A DNA stretch of 64,000 nucleotides from the human T2T-CHM13v2.0 reference genome, Homo sapiens, in assembly GCF_009914755.1 (NCBI RefSeq), contig NC_060926.1, one strand, 5' to 3'. Both the position numbers and the translations under genes were made by a program. Shown here one piece after another: positions 42,259 through 56,876 of this stretch. Position 1 is the first letter of the stretch, and each line of letters opens with the position of its first letter. Below the pieces are notes generated by a model. The model had not been told where the DNA came from, did not search any database, and was given only the letters and a program-made list of their open reading frames with translations.

Positions 42259-43335
42259 ATGCTTGGGCCTCTCTGCAGCAGGAACAGAGACCACAGAATT
42301 GACTCTGCCAGTGACCAGGACTCATGAATGATTGCAATTCAGAAATGTTCTTCCATTGTGTTGAAATCTGCCTTTCATTTTCCCCCACCATATCTTCATT
42401 TACTCACAAATATTAATCATCTAAGCAAACATGGCGCCTGCCCAATCAGTCTAGAATTTTAATAGAACAACTATGGCCTCCTGAATCCCCAACTACCTGT
42501 ACCTCCCTCTGTCCCTCTACTTCATCTCTTTTGGTTTCTCCTGCTGTGGAATGGCTTGGCAGGACTCTGTAGAAGAGTTGGGAGACCTTGAGAACACACC
42601 CCAAAGTGTTTGGTCATGAGACATTTGAGGACCAGGGCCCTGCCAGCTCACAGCTGCCCGAGGTCAATGAAGGGATGACCTGAAGAGAATAGGGCCTGAA
42701 TTGGGTCTCCCAAGGGCCTGAACAAGCCCACTTGGCTGAGAAGGGAAAGCTCAGGGAATGGAGGTCATCACATTGTCAACAACTAGCGTTTCAACGACAC
42801 GGGAGAGAAAGGAAGCTCCCATGAAGACATTAGTCCGTCTCCTTCCTTCGTTCTTGGGTCTTAAGGGAGCTCTGGTGCCATTTGGGATTTATTTTGTTTT
42901 GCTCAGGTAGGGATGGGGGAAGAATCAAATTGCCGTATATTGTGATGTCCTTACACGTGACCACGCTGGTTTTCAAACGATGTTTGATGAAGCTCTGGGG
43001 AGTGCACAGAGCCCTTTAAGGGATGCTGGGGAGAGGAGCCTAGGGACAAGGTAAGCTACAGCCAGAGGCATCAGTGTCTTCTCCGTGCCCCTGTCCTATC
43101 AGAACAGCAGCTCTGAGTTTATCTGTACTATATGTGAGGCTTTTTGTTTGAAGAAAGTCCTCCGTGGATCTTTTCAGATGCCCTTGCTTTTTAAAACAGA
43201 AAATTTTTAAAGGACCTGAATTTCTGAATTGCAATCATTTCTGAATCATTTCTGAATTGCAATCATTCATGAGTCCTGGTCACTGGCAGTGTCAATTTCG
43301 TGGTCTCTGCTCCTGCTGCAGAGAGGCCCAAGCAT
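42259..43335. repeat. 89-bp inverted repeat pair (42259-42347 / 43247-43335)
   Basis: 85 of 89 identical in reverse complement; spacer about 900 bp. Confidence 0.93.
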
Positions 43336-44354
43336 GGGCCATGGAATGGGTTGGTGCTGTCTCCTGACCTTCCCACCAGAGTTCTTTTCATCTAATTCAG
43401 CAAAGCTCAAGGATCCCTTAAGGGTAAAAGGTGCTACACAAGAATCCTGAAAGAAGTGGAGGGCGAAAATGAATGGCAATTATTTCCTGATTGTGAACCA
43501 TAAGATATGCAAATAGAGGGGCTTTTCCACAGTTGGAAACCACACAGTCCAGGCTTGGCCAGGACACCTGAGACCTGGGCAGGTACCTCTGCTGGATTGT
43601 TCCCAGGATGACTGATGACCCGACATCCTCAAGCCCAGCTTCAGGGCCCACTACAAGGCCCTACTACTGCTTCACTGCCCCAAGCCCACCTGTGGAATTG
43701 AACATAGAGTTTATCCTAAACGGAGTCACCTGGATCAGGTATGGAATCCTTCAACGATCCCAGGCCGGAAAGCCCTGGGCAGGGCCCCAGGTAGTGGCTG
43801 AGTCAGTGTGAGGAGACATAGTGTCAGCGTCTAGCAAGTGCTCAAATCAATCATGAATAATTTTCTGGAAGCAGCTGAAGGCCGAACATATTCTTCAGCC
43901 ATCAGATGTGGACTGTACGTTGTTTTTAAACTTATTTCGTTTTCTCTTTTGCCAAAAAAAGGGGGAAAAAAAAAAGACACAAGTTTTGGACCATGAAAAC
44001 AACCCTGCTCCCTCTGCTCTGCAGCGCCTGGGCTTTTATTGGTGTTTTGTCTGCAGTGGGCTTTGGCCACGTAAATGTGAACAAAATGAGGTAACTCACA
44101 AATCCTCTGGCTGCCTCATGGCTGAAGGCTAGTGCCTCTGAGAGTCAGCAGAAATAGACAGGCAGACAGGCGAGCACCCCAAACAAGTGGCTATGAGCCG
44201 GCAGCCAGCATGTTCCCCAAACCAGGGGGGTCAGACCAGGGGTCTGGAATGCAGTGGCTTGGGAAAGTGGGACAAGATCACCATCACTATTAGGATGAGG
44301 GACTTGCCTCACGGGCACCATGGCTGTAGGCACTGGGTGTCTCTTGTGAACTAC

Positions 44355-45027
44355 CCTGTCCCCTCCCAGCCACCAACTACCCCCACCATGCTGAGATGCC
44401 CTCTGCTCTGCCCTATCCTAACCCACCCCCATCATCTATTAGGAACACATGTTGGTGGGGGAGACTAGTTGGGGCTAAGGACAGGACCAGCTACATCACT
44501 GAAGTGACCCAATGCAAGATGAAAATGTGGGTCTTCTTGTTCACAACTTACTCAGAATTTCAAAATGGCAAAAGTCCCAAGCTCTTTCAAGCATGGATGC
44601 CCAAGAAGTCAGGGGAGCAAGACAGAGACACGGGCAGGAGCGGGAACATCACGTAGGGTCTCTGTGATCAGGGCTGAGTAACAGCACTCTGTTCCTGAAA
44701 TGCCCTCAGGCAAAGCAATAGTTCTGAGAGAAGTTCCACTTAGGAAAAGACTTTCTCAAGCTCATGATGCAGTGAGTAGCACAGATGCACCTCCCAGGTG
44801 AGGCCAGCCCTCATCCCATGCCGGCAGGGCCACCGGGGATGCTGCAGCCATGAGCTCAGCCCTCTGGTGGCCAGGGAAGTCCAGGCGTGAGCTTCAGACC
44901 CAGCGCCCCTCACCCAGCTGCTGCGGCTACCCACAGAGGGTGAGAACAATGGGTCATCCTTACATGCCCAGGCAGGTCAGCACCAGGCAGCCTGTCCCCT
45001 CCCAGCCACCAACTACCCCCACCATGC
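44355..45027 (+). repeat. 37-bp perfect direct repeat (44355-44391 / 44991-45027)
   Basis: CCTGTCCCCTCCCAGCCACCAACTACCCCCACCATGC twice. Confidence 0.93.
44857..44873 (-). promoter_or_regulatory. Candidate CTCF motif
   Basis: Minus strand TGGCCACCAGAGGGCTG fits CCASYAGRKGGC; motif match only. Confidence 0.35.
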
Positions 45028-46333
45028 AGCCTCCAAGGAGGCACCAGGGCATCTCAGCAGCACAGGCTCAGTGCTGCAGGAAGGGCAGAGGTAGGTCACA
45101 GGCTGGGAAGGCCATTAATGACTCAGGTACCCTATAAGCACCGGGTTTCTGGGAAGCTGTCCCCCTGTGGCCTGACACCAATCCCTCCAAACCCTGCCTC
45201 CTCCCCTCCTTTGTCCAAAGAGGCAACATGAAGTCGGGCAAAAAAGTCTGATCTCAGCCACATCACTGACCCACTGTGTGATCCTCGAAAGACACCCGTC
45301 TCAGAGACTATTTCTTCTAAAGTAAAACCCAAAGTTGGGTTATATGATGGCAAAGGCACTGCTGGTTCCAACACCACGATTCTTCCTAAGAGAACAAGTT
45401 ATGTTGGCTTTCAGGGATCGAAGTTCAAGTCCTCTTGATAACACATGAAGGGATGAGGATGCATCACTTTACCTCCTTCCTGGCGTTTCTGGAGTCAACC
45501 TCCTTGTGAGATCCTAGGGCCTCTCTGCCCAGCCACAGGTCAATGGGAGCATCACACCACTGTGGTTTAATCTCACATTGTGGGAGCTGCCCCAGTCCAG
45601 GACTTGGCCGCGGAAGCAGCCAGCAACCCATTGTCCAGCTGGCAACGTGTGGGATCTCACACAAAGGCTATGTGGAAATTGCCCATAAAATCACTCTCTT
45701 GCTCCCCACCCAGCTCTCATGGACCCCACAGAACAATTTATAAAGCCCACGTGGAAAAGACTTCATCCACAGCCAACTCCCCACAGGCCCCAGGCTGGAA
45801 CAGGCTCCAGCCCAGAGGGGCTGCTTCACTGCTGGGCGGGCCCCCCTGTGCAGGCCGGAGTGGCACAGCCTGAGAACAAAGACTTGGCAGAAGTGTAATG
45901 CCCCCAAAGCCATTTATCACCAATCGCCACCCCCGTCACAGAGCCAAGAGTGATATGATCATACAGTATTTCATAAATTGTGTCCAAATATCTATGATAT
46001 TATACAAAGTGATGCCTCTATAGAATTAAAAAGTCAAATAGCATAGAAAGTTGTACAATGAAGAGAAAAATCCACCACCTAACATTAAAAGACTTATCTA
46101 AGAGAAGGTTGAGTCCCCACTCTACTGCTGGAGGAAAGGTGGTGTGACTTGTCCAGGGTCACTCAGCTGATCTGCAATGGAGCTCAGGGTCTCTGACTAC
46201 CCAAGGCAACTGTTCCCAGTGGACAGCATTTAGTATGCTCTGTGTCCTGGTGCTGGGAGATCCAAAGTGTCCCCGGCCTGCTCCTGAACCCCACACAAGC
46301 CTGGAGGCATGGCCCACACTGAAGAAAAATGGA

Positions 46334-46640
<307 letters not shown>

Positions 46641-47749
46641 GGAGAAAGAAACATGGAAAAGAGGTGAGTTTTGGTTTTGGCCCTTATTTTGCACCTGCGG
46701 GGCCTGGTGTCTGACACCACATCCACCAATAGGTTCTTTGCTCCACGTGGAGCTCGCTTCACTTTGCCCAAGTATATCATTCCCGCTGAGCCCTCTGCAA
46801 GCTTTCCCAGTGAAGCCCTATTTGAAACTCTTTCATTCATCCCTAAAGCTCTTAAGCTACGGAACCCAGGTCTGGGCACCCTATCGGGCACACTGAACAC
46901 ACATCTGCAGATAACATTTAAGCCCCCAGGATTCTGAGCTAGGGCTGATGCCATGGTGGGGAAAGAAGGGGAGAAAGTTTCCAGTCTGACGTCTGGGAGA
47001 TGGGGCCCGCCCCTACAATTCAACAAGTTTTGTTGAACAGAGCAGACTCAAGGGCAAAGCACAGCACATTATGGTTGATTGAGTGGAGAAAAAAGAGATG
47101 AATACCTCATTTGTGGACAAGATAAAATTGCCACACCACCCGGGCCTGAAGAAAACATCCAGCTGACTATGACAAAGGCAGCCTGGGGACCACCAGGGTC
47201 ACCACCTGCTGGAGATGCAGAGGCTGCCCCAGCATGGCAGGTGACAGTGTCCTGAAGGCTCACATTCTGAATGAGAACCCTGCGCCATCTGGGCCTGTCC
47301 CCAGCCAAAGCTGTGCAATCTGGGACTAGCCCTGGGATCATTTGAACCACCAGAAGCACACACGATTATAGGATAGTGAATTTTAGGAGAGCTCAGAAGA
47401 GAAACTTTTATGACCTTAGACAGAATCATAGAGAAGGGGAGAAAGGGTATCTATGACCTAAACTTCTCCATGTCCTAGGCAAGAGGTCTCTCAGCAGCAT
47501 CCCTGGCAAGCATCCATCCTCACCTACCTTAAACACTCCCTTCACAAGCACTCACTCCCCTGGAAGTCAGCACCTTCTTTAGCTGGAAGGGGTATTCCTT
47601 TATTTTTTTTTAATTTAGGTTAAAAACCAGTCTTTTTGGAATTACTGCTGACTGGCTGAAGTCCAGTCCCTTAAAGCAGTTTTTACAACTTTTTCTTCTG
47701 TAACATGTAACTGATGACCCACAAATGCATATCCATGGGCACCTGTTCA

Positions 47750-48120
47750 TGCATTCATTCAACAAGTTTTGTTGAACATCTACTAGGTCCAGGCACTAGA
47801 GCAGAGTAGAACAGAAAAGAGACAAAAACTCCTGCTTCCTGAACGCTATATTTATTATTGTTTATAACACTAGTAAGTAAAATATACAGCATATCAGGTA
47901 GAGATAAGTTTAAATATAAATAAAGCAGGGACAAGACAGGGGAGTACTTGGGATACCTGTTTCTATAGAGCAGGCTGGAAGATCTCATTAGCAAAGGCCT
48001 GAAAGGGGAGGGAGACAGCAAGCCATGCAGACATCAGGAAGAAGGGCAAGCCAAGCAGCGGGAGCAGTAAGTGCAAAGGCCCCAAGGCAGCAAAGCTGGG
48101 CACAAATGGAATAGGCTTCA
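47750..48120 (-). mobile_element. L2 3' end
   Basis: CATTCATTCAACAA...CCAGGCACTAG and GTGCAAAGGCCC antisense L2 motifs. Confidence 0.75.
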
Positions 48121-48196
48121 GGTTGGGCACAATTCTATGGAGTCTAGTCACCCTTAGCTCGCCACCCTAGAAAGAGCTGGGAATGCCCGGCAATGA

Positions 48197-48537
<341 letters not shown>

Positions 48538-51500
48538 CTGCATCTGCTCTGACTTCTTAAAATGCATGAGTTATTTATCATTAGCAACAAATTTGCCAGC
48601 AACACACCTCACAATGAAGAAAGCTCCCCAATGCATTACCACACGGTGGCCGAGAACAGCTGTCCTAGAGACAAATGCACCCAGCCTCAGCCTGAGGATG
48701 TTCTTTGGGGAAGAGGAGAAACACTCAACACCCTGCACTGTCCCCCTTGTCCCCTTCCGGCCCACTCTAGCTTGTCTAGGTCAATCATTCCTCTCCATCC
48801 TTTTCTAAATCATGATGTGCAGCCCACAACATGAATGATGGAGAAAAGGCACACCGCACATCCGTTCACACACAACTCGGGTTGCCTTAACCCAGACGCC
48901 TGACCTCCATGTTGGGGAGCTGGCGCTCTGGACTGCCCTCCCTCCTTGTAATTCACGTCACCTCCAATACCAGAAACATGTATCATACAGATCTTTTCCC
49001 TTTTTTTTAAGATGTTCCCAAGAAAATCTGCGTTTAATTTATGGGCAATTTATAATGGAAATAGACCATATAAAATGTATACAAATGTGTAGGCCTGTCT
49101 ATAGGGCTTGGAAGGAGACGGTTTAGCTTAGCAATAATTAACGTGAAGGGTCTCTTCCCTGCTGCCAGGTAGACATTTAGACTGCCTGGACTTTCATTAA
49201 ACTTAAACCAGAAAGGGCTCAAGGGCCAAGGTCCAAACATTCCTCAACTCCATGGAGGACGTCAGGACACGTAGCTGACGACAATACATTTCACCAGGGT
49301 TGCCAAAGCCCTGCTTAAGTTGAGAAGATGCCTGCATTGCGTTATCGGACACAGGATGCCAGCCTGTGTACCATAATCAGTTTTCCAGAGAAACAAAGCC
49401 ATCTCCAATGCCCCAAACCAGCGTGAGGCCACAGGGTTTGCAAAGCAGTCAGCAGAGACACAGGGCACCTCTCTGTCCCCACACCTGGTTCTTCAGGCCT
49501 CTAAAGACAGCTGCTGCTCCCAGCACAGGGCCGCCCCGCTTAAGTCAAAGAAGAGTTACGGAGAAACTCAGGGTTGCCAAAAGCTATTTCCAGGGGACTT
49601 TGATCATCTGATGCTGTAATCTCTGAAGGGAAACATACTTCATTTAGAAGGTATTCTTTGGTGTCATTCCCAAGGAGAAGGCATACTTGTTTTTGGAATA
49701 GCAGAGCACTTACTTTCTCTCTCTCTCGCTTTTACTTGATCTCCCTCCCGCTCTCTCCCAGCCATGAGCATTCTAACTGTGATGGTGCACAAACAACCGT
49801 GCTGAACACAGTGAGAAATCATAGAACATGCTGTCGGCCAAAAAAGCATGTTTTTGACAGTGCCCAGTTAGGAGCCAAAATCCTAGATGGCAGCAACACT
49901 GAAGCCTAAGGGCCAAAGGCCAGGCTCCAAACTTCCCAGAACTGTTACAGCCCCACCAGCCTCCTGACCTCACTCAGGGTGAGACCCCCATCGTGGGGGA
50001 GGTGGAACACCCTAAAACCCAAATGGGTCCCTAGAATCCTCTGAATGCCATGGTGAAGGGTGGTACATTTAAATAAGTTTTTCCTGGCATAGTCAAACAC
50101 AGTTTAGATCAATTACCTCATTTTTCAACAATGAAAAGATTAAACAGTTGTTAAGGGTTATGAAATGATTTAATATGTTATTAAGCAGAGATGTAAACTA
50201 TCAAAGTAGAAATTTCCAGAGAGAGACTTAAATATCAATTATATGTGCATCCAATTTGTAGGCAGCTCTTCCCCACACCCCTCCCAGAAGCCCACACCAA
50301 GGCCCCTCTGAAGGCAGCTTTGAAAATCCAATTCTGTACTGGTTTCATGAGAATTTTTCATGGCCAGGGGAACCAGGTTCAGAGTGTTCACAACACTTTT
50401 TTTCCCCTTGAAATGGAGAACAAAATCAAATTTTAGAGAGATTTTGTGGATATGTATTCCTGCTGAATGATGGGAAAGGATCATTAAGTACCTTATTTGA
50501 AACCAGAGTAGGACTCTAACTTTTGAACTTTCACTGGTTTTTACTCATTCACTGCTGGCAACATTTCAAAGGGTAATTTTTTTTTTTTCAAATTACTGTT
50601 AAAGGAAAATGAGAAAACAATTCTTTTCTTCATCTGTCTCTTCCCCTCGCAATAACTTTTCAAAATATTGGTTCTTCAGGCTCACTTTACTCCCCAAACA
50701 ATTTTGCCTAAAAACCTGCAGCCCCTGATATTGACATCTTCTCAATTTGCATAGCACCCGTTTACATAATCAATCAAACAGAGTAAAGCACGCATCCTGT
50801 CTGAGTTCACCTCTTGGCCCCTGGACAGGATCCGACAATACAGGCCCCATCACAAGGACAACTCAATAACCCATTTTATCGACTCCAACCGCAAAAGGGA
50901 AGTTAAGGTGGACCCCGCTGCGTGGGGAGCTCCAGGTCAGCTTTCATAGAACACAGATGTGCCCCCACTTCCCTGTTCACTCCAACCAGAGGAAATAATG
51001 TAAGAACAACATCAGGAAGATAGACTCAGCAACATTCCCATGCAGTAAAACAAGGCTCCCTGCCCCTGCAGGCCTCCAGACCCCATCTCCTTCCATCAGA
51101 CCCCAGAAGAACAAGTCGGGGAGGGGAGGCGATACTGCCCGGCTCCTGATGAAAGTCTGGGAGCATCAGCTTAAAGAACATTTGGAAAAATGCTTTGCAG
51201 AGTAAATATCTCCCAACTTCAAACTACTGCTGCCCAGTGTCCAGGAAACCAGAAAGCCCATATCATGGCATGGTTGGATCACAATTATTAAAAACTGCAC
51301 ACTCCATGCCTTTGACGGGGTAGCCAGAGTCCCCAAATTAACAGCAAATCCAAACAACCCAAGCATGGATTGGCATCTTCAGAACAGCGCTGGAGTCTCT
51401 CGTGCCACGTAACACACTGCAATTCCCCACTGGCGGGAGGAGCGTGCCTCCTGTGTCCTCTGCCGCACCGGGACAGCAGCCACCACCACAACACTAGCAG

Positions 51501-53142
51501 CTTCCAGAGTCCCAGGGCCACACGCGACAGGTGAAGCAAGCCTCTCTGTGAGGATGGCCCTTTGCTCTGCTCAAGGAAGGAAGCGGTGCCTGAGCAGGGA
51601 ACCTTCCCCATCAGCTGTGCATGCAAGGACTGTCCTCAAGACCCGCTTGTCAGAGCAGTGACTCATCCCCGAGTCTCCAAGAGTGAGGCCGATGGGGCTG
51701 GCAGAGGAGTGGCCCTGCGATTTCAAAGTTTCGCCTCCTCTGACCCTCCTTCTCACACTAGGTTCGGCTACAGATGAGGGAGCTCAAAGTTCTGTTCCTT
51801 CCGATGTGTGGCTAGTAGGGAGGGTCTCAGAAGGGGCTTGAGGCTTTCCTTATCTATCCCAGCAACCAGCACCTGTGGGGCCCCTGGCTCCAAAGGCTGG
51901 GCATGGATGTAGGTGAGGAGGGACATTGTTCTGGAAGGAATGGAGGCATGCAGCTCAATCAACCTCATCCAGAGCAACTTTGCCAGAGGCAAGGTGGATT
52001 CTTACCACTGTAAGAGCTCCTCTCCGGTCTCGGTCTCGGGAGAGTTGAGTCTCTGAGCTGTTTATGTAGCAGAAAGACACTTAACCACAGGCAGGGCACA
52101 CGGGAGACCTGAGAGCATCCTCTGAAAGCCATTGTCTGGAAATGCAGGCTCTGTCCTCCAGAAACGTGCCCTGCACACTCTTCAGAAATGTGGGCAAAGC
52201 TCCCTGAGGAAGGCAGCCTCAGGGCTTCGTTGGCTGAGAGCAAACACTAAGTCAACTTGATCTAAGTTGTTCTCCTCCAAGCTTCAGTTTCTGCCATCTG
52301 AAAATCTTGTTTGGAGTTTGAAACAGGGCAGAAGCGGAGACACGGGGATCCCAGTGGAGGCACGAGATGGACCAAGGGCTCTGCACTTGTGGAGAGGCCC
52401 TGGCCAGGTGCGCCCAGCCCTCACCCCTAAACCTACCTGGTGTGAGCCACCAACAGATCCTCAGGAGGGAAGCTGGTAGCCCCGTCAGGCCGCCCAGGCC
52501 AGGATTCCTGAGAGGCAGCAGCCAGAGCTATCTCTAGAAGTGGCGCTTCCTGTCTATCCCTCCATACACAGGGCAGCAGACAAAGCTGAGCCCTCTGCTG
52601 AAATGAACTGAGCCAAATGCTGATCTTTATTTGGGGGGCATCTTGTAAAAATATTAGATCCAATTGATGCTCTGCTCATGAACAAGCTACAAAGGTGACC
52701 TTGGAGGGACTTTTCTCCCACAGGCCAGGAGCAGCGACAGCAGCGGCTCTCACCTTCACCACCTGGCTGCGCTGCATGCAGGAGGGGCCCAACAACCCAC
52801 GTGAAGGAAAAGGAGGTAGGAGAGCCACTGGATCCTGAGCCCCGCCGGAATCCGTGGCCCATGGCGCCACTGGGAAAGATCCAAGGACCACACGCCCAGT
52901 GTCCAGCAAGCCTCAGCTCCTCCAGTGGGCATTTCCAGAATCCCCAAGGCTGCCCGAGAGCCCCTTCACTTCTGCTGTTAATACACAGATGTCATGAAAT
53001 GCTGGGTGACCTCTAAGGAAGGGATCCGTGCACCCACACTGCAGACGCAGGGGAGCGGCCACAATGGTAACAAGTGGGTGGGCAGGACTGTAGCCCATTT
53101 CTCCTGCCTCGGCCAGTGTTCTTTCTCACACTAACCACAAGT

Positions 53143-53219
53143 GTGCATGCACACGCACATACACATAGGCACACATGCTCACACGCATAAGTACATGCTC
53201 ACATGCACACACACACACA
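53143..53219. repeat. Degenerate (CA)n/(CATG) tract
   Basis: Direct reading; (CCACACTCA)x3 nearby at 53348-53374. Confidence 0.75.
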
Positions 53220-55784
53220 GGCTCTCTGTGAGCAACAGGTCCACGCACTCCCTGGTAACCGGTTACCCGCAGCTGCAGGCTTCTAGAAGAACAACCACTC
53301 CCTGGGATTTTCCTGGGAGGGGAGACGTAAGATCGAGGTTTGGATCCCCACACTCACCACACTCACCACACTCAGATCGCCTTGTTGCCGTGTAACCGCA
53401 GTCCTCTGACCCTTGATGACTCTCAAAACCGTTCTTGTCATATAATACATGAACTATGCATAAACAATTCTGGGTTATGATGTGTTTCCTAAAACTAAGA
53501 GAACTTCAGCCATAACACTGACATTTTGTTTCTGGAAATTAAACCCTGGGAACAGTGAAAATAAAGTCCCTCAATTTATGAATTGTATTTCCGTACATAC
53601 TTCAATTCCCAGTGCTTGCGGTGAAAGAGAAACACGATTGTGTTTCTGATGGCGTAGCCACTAAGACCAGAGGGCCTGCCCCTCCTAGGTTCTCCACTTC
53701 ATACCAGGAAGCCAGGCTCTCCAAATAAGGTCCTCACTAACAACCTGGGTGACCTAATACTTCAGGAAATGACGAGAATAAACCCAAGCAAGATGGATTT
53801 GCCCATTGCTCTTGGGAAACAGTCACCTCCGCCTCTGCCCTGTTCCTGGCAGGAAGGGGCAAATGCCTGGGAGATGCTGAGACAAGTTTGCCAAGGCCTT
53901 GGCAGAGTCCCCAGGCTGGCATCTCAGTATGAACCTTGCCAGTCCTGGGACTTCTGCAGGCAGAAAATGTGCACCCCCAATGCCCAGCAAACTGTGGGCC
54001 CTGCAGATGTGTGCTGGGCTATGAACAAGGGTTTGGGGGAGGTTGAATGATTATAATTGCCAAGTGAGGCGAAGATGGATCGGATTCTGGTGCAGAGAGG
54101 AAGGTTGAGAGAAATGGAGGAAGGTGAAACCAACAAGAAGTGTCCGGACACGCTAGCAGGATTTCAGCATACAGAGCTAACAAGATGCGGGGGTGAGATA
54201 CACATACAAGCTGGAGAGAATGGGGGCATGGGCAAAGGTGGGGGGCCAGAGAGGCTTGGAGTAGAGAGGGAAGAGTGGGAAGTTCAGTCAGATGCAAGCC
54301 CTGGAGATGAGCAAGGGAGTTGAGAGGTGCGGACGTGGCCCCTAACATGAGTACATGTCAGGTGTGTTATTTCCCTGCATTGACTGCCCTCCTTCTCCTT
54401 CCTCCAGGACAAACCCTCCATCCCCACTGGCCCTGCTCAAACTCCGCCTCCTCCAGGAAGCTTTCCCTGAACTGCTCAACCGGCAATGAACTTCTTCCTC
54501 CCTTCTCTAATTTCTATAGCACACCTCAGCCATCAGTTCAGGGCCACCACAAGGTGTGCACAGGCATCTCACAAGTTTGCAGAAATGCCTTCGTAGACTG
54601 TGTTCTTCTGGAAGAAAGATCACTTTGTACACATGTACCTCCCTGCAGTGTGGCTTAACCCAGGTCCAGGCACACCAAGACTTCAGGAGGGGCCCACAAA
54701 CTCAGAGGGAGGCTGGCATGGGAGCAGGACAAACCATCCAGCCCCACACCCACCCCAGCCCCTATCCATGACTCCACCAACCAGGACTCTGCCTGCCTTC
54801 CCAGCCCTTGGCACAGGAACCCCAGCTTCTAGCACCTTCTCCAAGGCTCCTGCACCCTGCCTGGAAGGCAGCCCCTCGCCCCCAACCTCCTCCCAGAACT
54901 CTTCAGTTCCCCACACCACCAGCCTTCCACAGCTGAAGGCCATAGCTCATTAAAGCCAGACGTGTAGTGCCCCGTGCCACATTTCCTGGGCCTCAGCACT
55001 TCCACAGAGCCCCACTGCCAGGAGGCCACATATTCAGCCCCAGGGGCAACCTGTCTGGTCAGGGAGGCTAAAAGCAGCCCTATCACAGCGAATGAGCAAG
55101 CCCACTCTTACAAAACCAGAGTGGAGCCATGGGGGCATGGGGAGAAGAGGCAGGGAGTGCTGGGCAGGGCTCCCATCTTGGTCCTTCCTACTGAGGAGGG
55201 AAGTGGGAAAGTGGGCTCAGGCTACCACTGTCAGTGGGGATGGTGGGGGTGGCCTCCAAAGAGGACACCTGCCTGTGCAGAAGCCAGAGCCAGTCCTGGG
55301 CCCCTGAGTCAGCAGCAGAGACACAGAAAGAAAACATGCTAACTTGTTAACTGAGTGACTTGTAATGGGGACAAACATTCACATTACAAAATAATCTCCA
55401 TTTGGCAAAAGGGCCTCTTTAGGAATTAACAAACTCCTCTTTGAACATGTAAGTGTCCTAGAAGAGCTAAGTGAGGCTGTTCCCTGGAATCACACTACCC
55501 AGGTGTTAGTCACTCACCCCTTAGTGTGAATCAGCTTGATCAGGCTGTTTTCCTGCTGCCTTCTGCTAGAATTCAACTTTCTGAAAAAATAGATCTGTTT
55601 GGGAAGTGATGCAGGCTGGGTCATTTTGGAACACAGAGCACAATACGAGTCTTGGAAGCAGTGGGGAGAGAAAGAGGAGTTGTTCAGCCAGAGGGCCAAG
55701 TAAGGAGACAAAGGAAAGCTGGGGGTCACAGTGGGAGGCTCAGGAGGGCAGAGTCCAGGGGCGGGAGCAGCCCCCCAGGCGTGG

Positions 55785-56087
55785 GCACTGGATTTGCTTG
55801 CTGGGGCTGCCGCAACAATGCCACACAGACGGAGCAGCTTAAACAGCAGACGTGCACGGCCTCTTGCCTCCTGCCGTGTCCAGTCTCCCCGCTTTCCAAG
55901 GACACCTGTCACGTTGGATTAGGGGCCCACCTGACTTCACTATGACTTTGCCTTAACTAACTACATCTTCAACCACTGTATTTCCTTATTTGAAATTCTT
56001 TATTTCCTTATTTCATCACATTCTGAGGTACTGGGGTTTAGAACATCAACATGCGAATTTGGGGGTATCATGACTTAGCCTGTGATC
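55785..56087 (-). mobile_element. MLT1 (A-D-like) LTR, internally deleted
   Basis: AAGGACACCTGTCACGTTGGATTAGGGGCCCAC and CACATTCTGAGGTACTGGGG. Confidence 0.7.
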
Positions 56088-56511
56088 AGCACCTTTTCTG
56101 GGGTGAAACTGAGGCAGAGGAGACCTCAGCCCCAACCAGCCGAGTAACCCTGAGCAAGCCATTGTCCTGTGTGACCTCAGGTGACTCACCTGTGGCACGG
56201 ATGGCCCGGGGATGGTGGCTGATGGTCTCTTCCACCTGCCTCCCAGCACATTCAGATGGTCCAGTGAGGACCTCCTGCATCTGCGAGGTGCAAGCCCCCT
56301 GGGCAGTGGCTTTTCCACGGCTGTCAGCAACGCTCACGTGACTAGACATCAGAGGCTCTTCCATCCCTGCTCGATAAGGCACGGGGCCTTGTTACCAGCA
56401 CTCCCAAGCCCCAGGGAGTGAGCTAGGGCACAAAAGTAATAACGGACACCAAGAGGTCTGGAGACTCCTTAAACAGGTGAGCCTCCAAGACTACACAGCC
56501 AAGACCTCTAC

Positions 56512-56876
56512 TGTATTAAGTCTGTTTTCACACAGCTATAAAGAACTGCCCGAGACTGGGTAATTTGTAAGTAAAATAGATTTAATTGACTCACAGTTGC
56601 CGCATGGCTGGGAGGCCTCAGGAAACTTACAATCATGGTGGAAGGCGAAAGGGAAGCAGGCACACCTCACATGGTCGCAGGTGAGAGGGAGAGAGGGGGG
56701 AACTGCCAAACACTTTTAAACCATCAGATCTCGTGAGAACTCACTATCACGAGAACAAACAGCAGGGGGGAACCGCCCCCCTGATCCAATCACTTCCCAC
56801 CAGGTCCGTCCCCTGACACATAGGGATTACAATTCAACACGAGATTTGGGTGGGGACACAGAGCCAAACCATACCA
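56512..56876 (-). mobile_element. MST (MSTA-like) solo LTR
   Basis: TG...CA termini; near-TSD TCTAC / TCCAC; MST signature sequence. Confidence 0.9.

Noticed and set aside
42259-43335. 89-bp inverted repeats as TIRs of a new DNA transposon
   Set aside because: No flanking TSD or transposase, and the stuttered junction fits repair synthesis better
48600-55700. Exons of a protein-coding gene in the repeat-poor stretch
   Set aside because: No ORF resembles a known protein and there is no consistent exon chain; scattered AP-1 motifs (e.g. TGACTCA 51659-51665) are too common to call an enhancer
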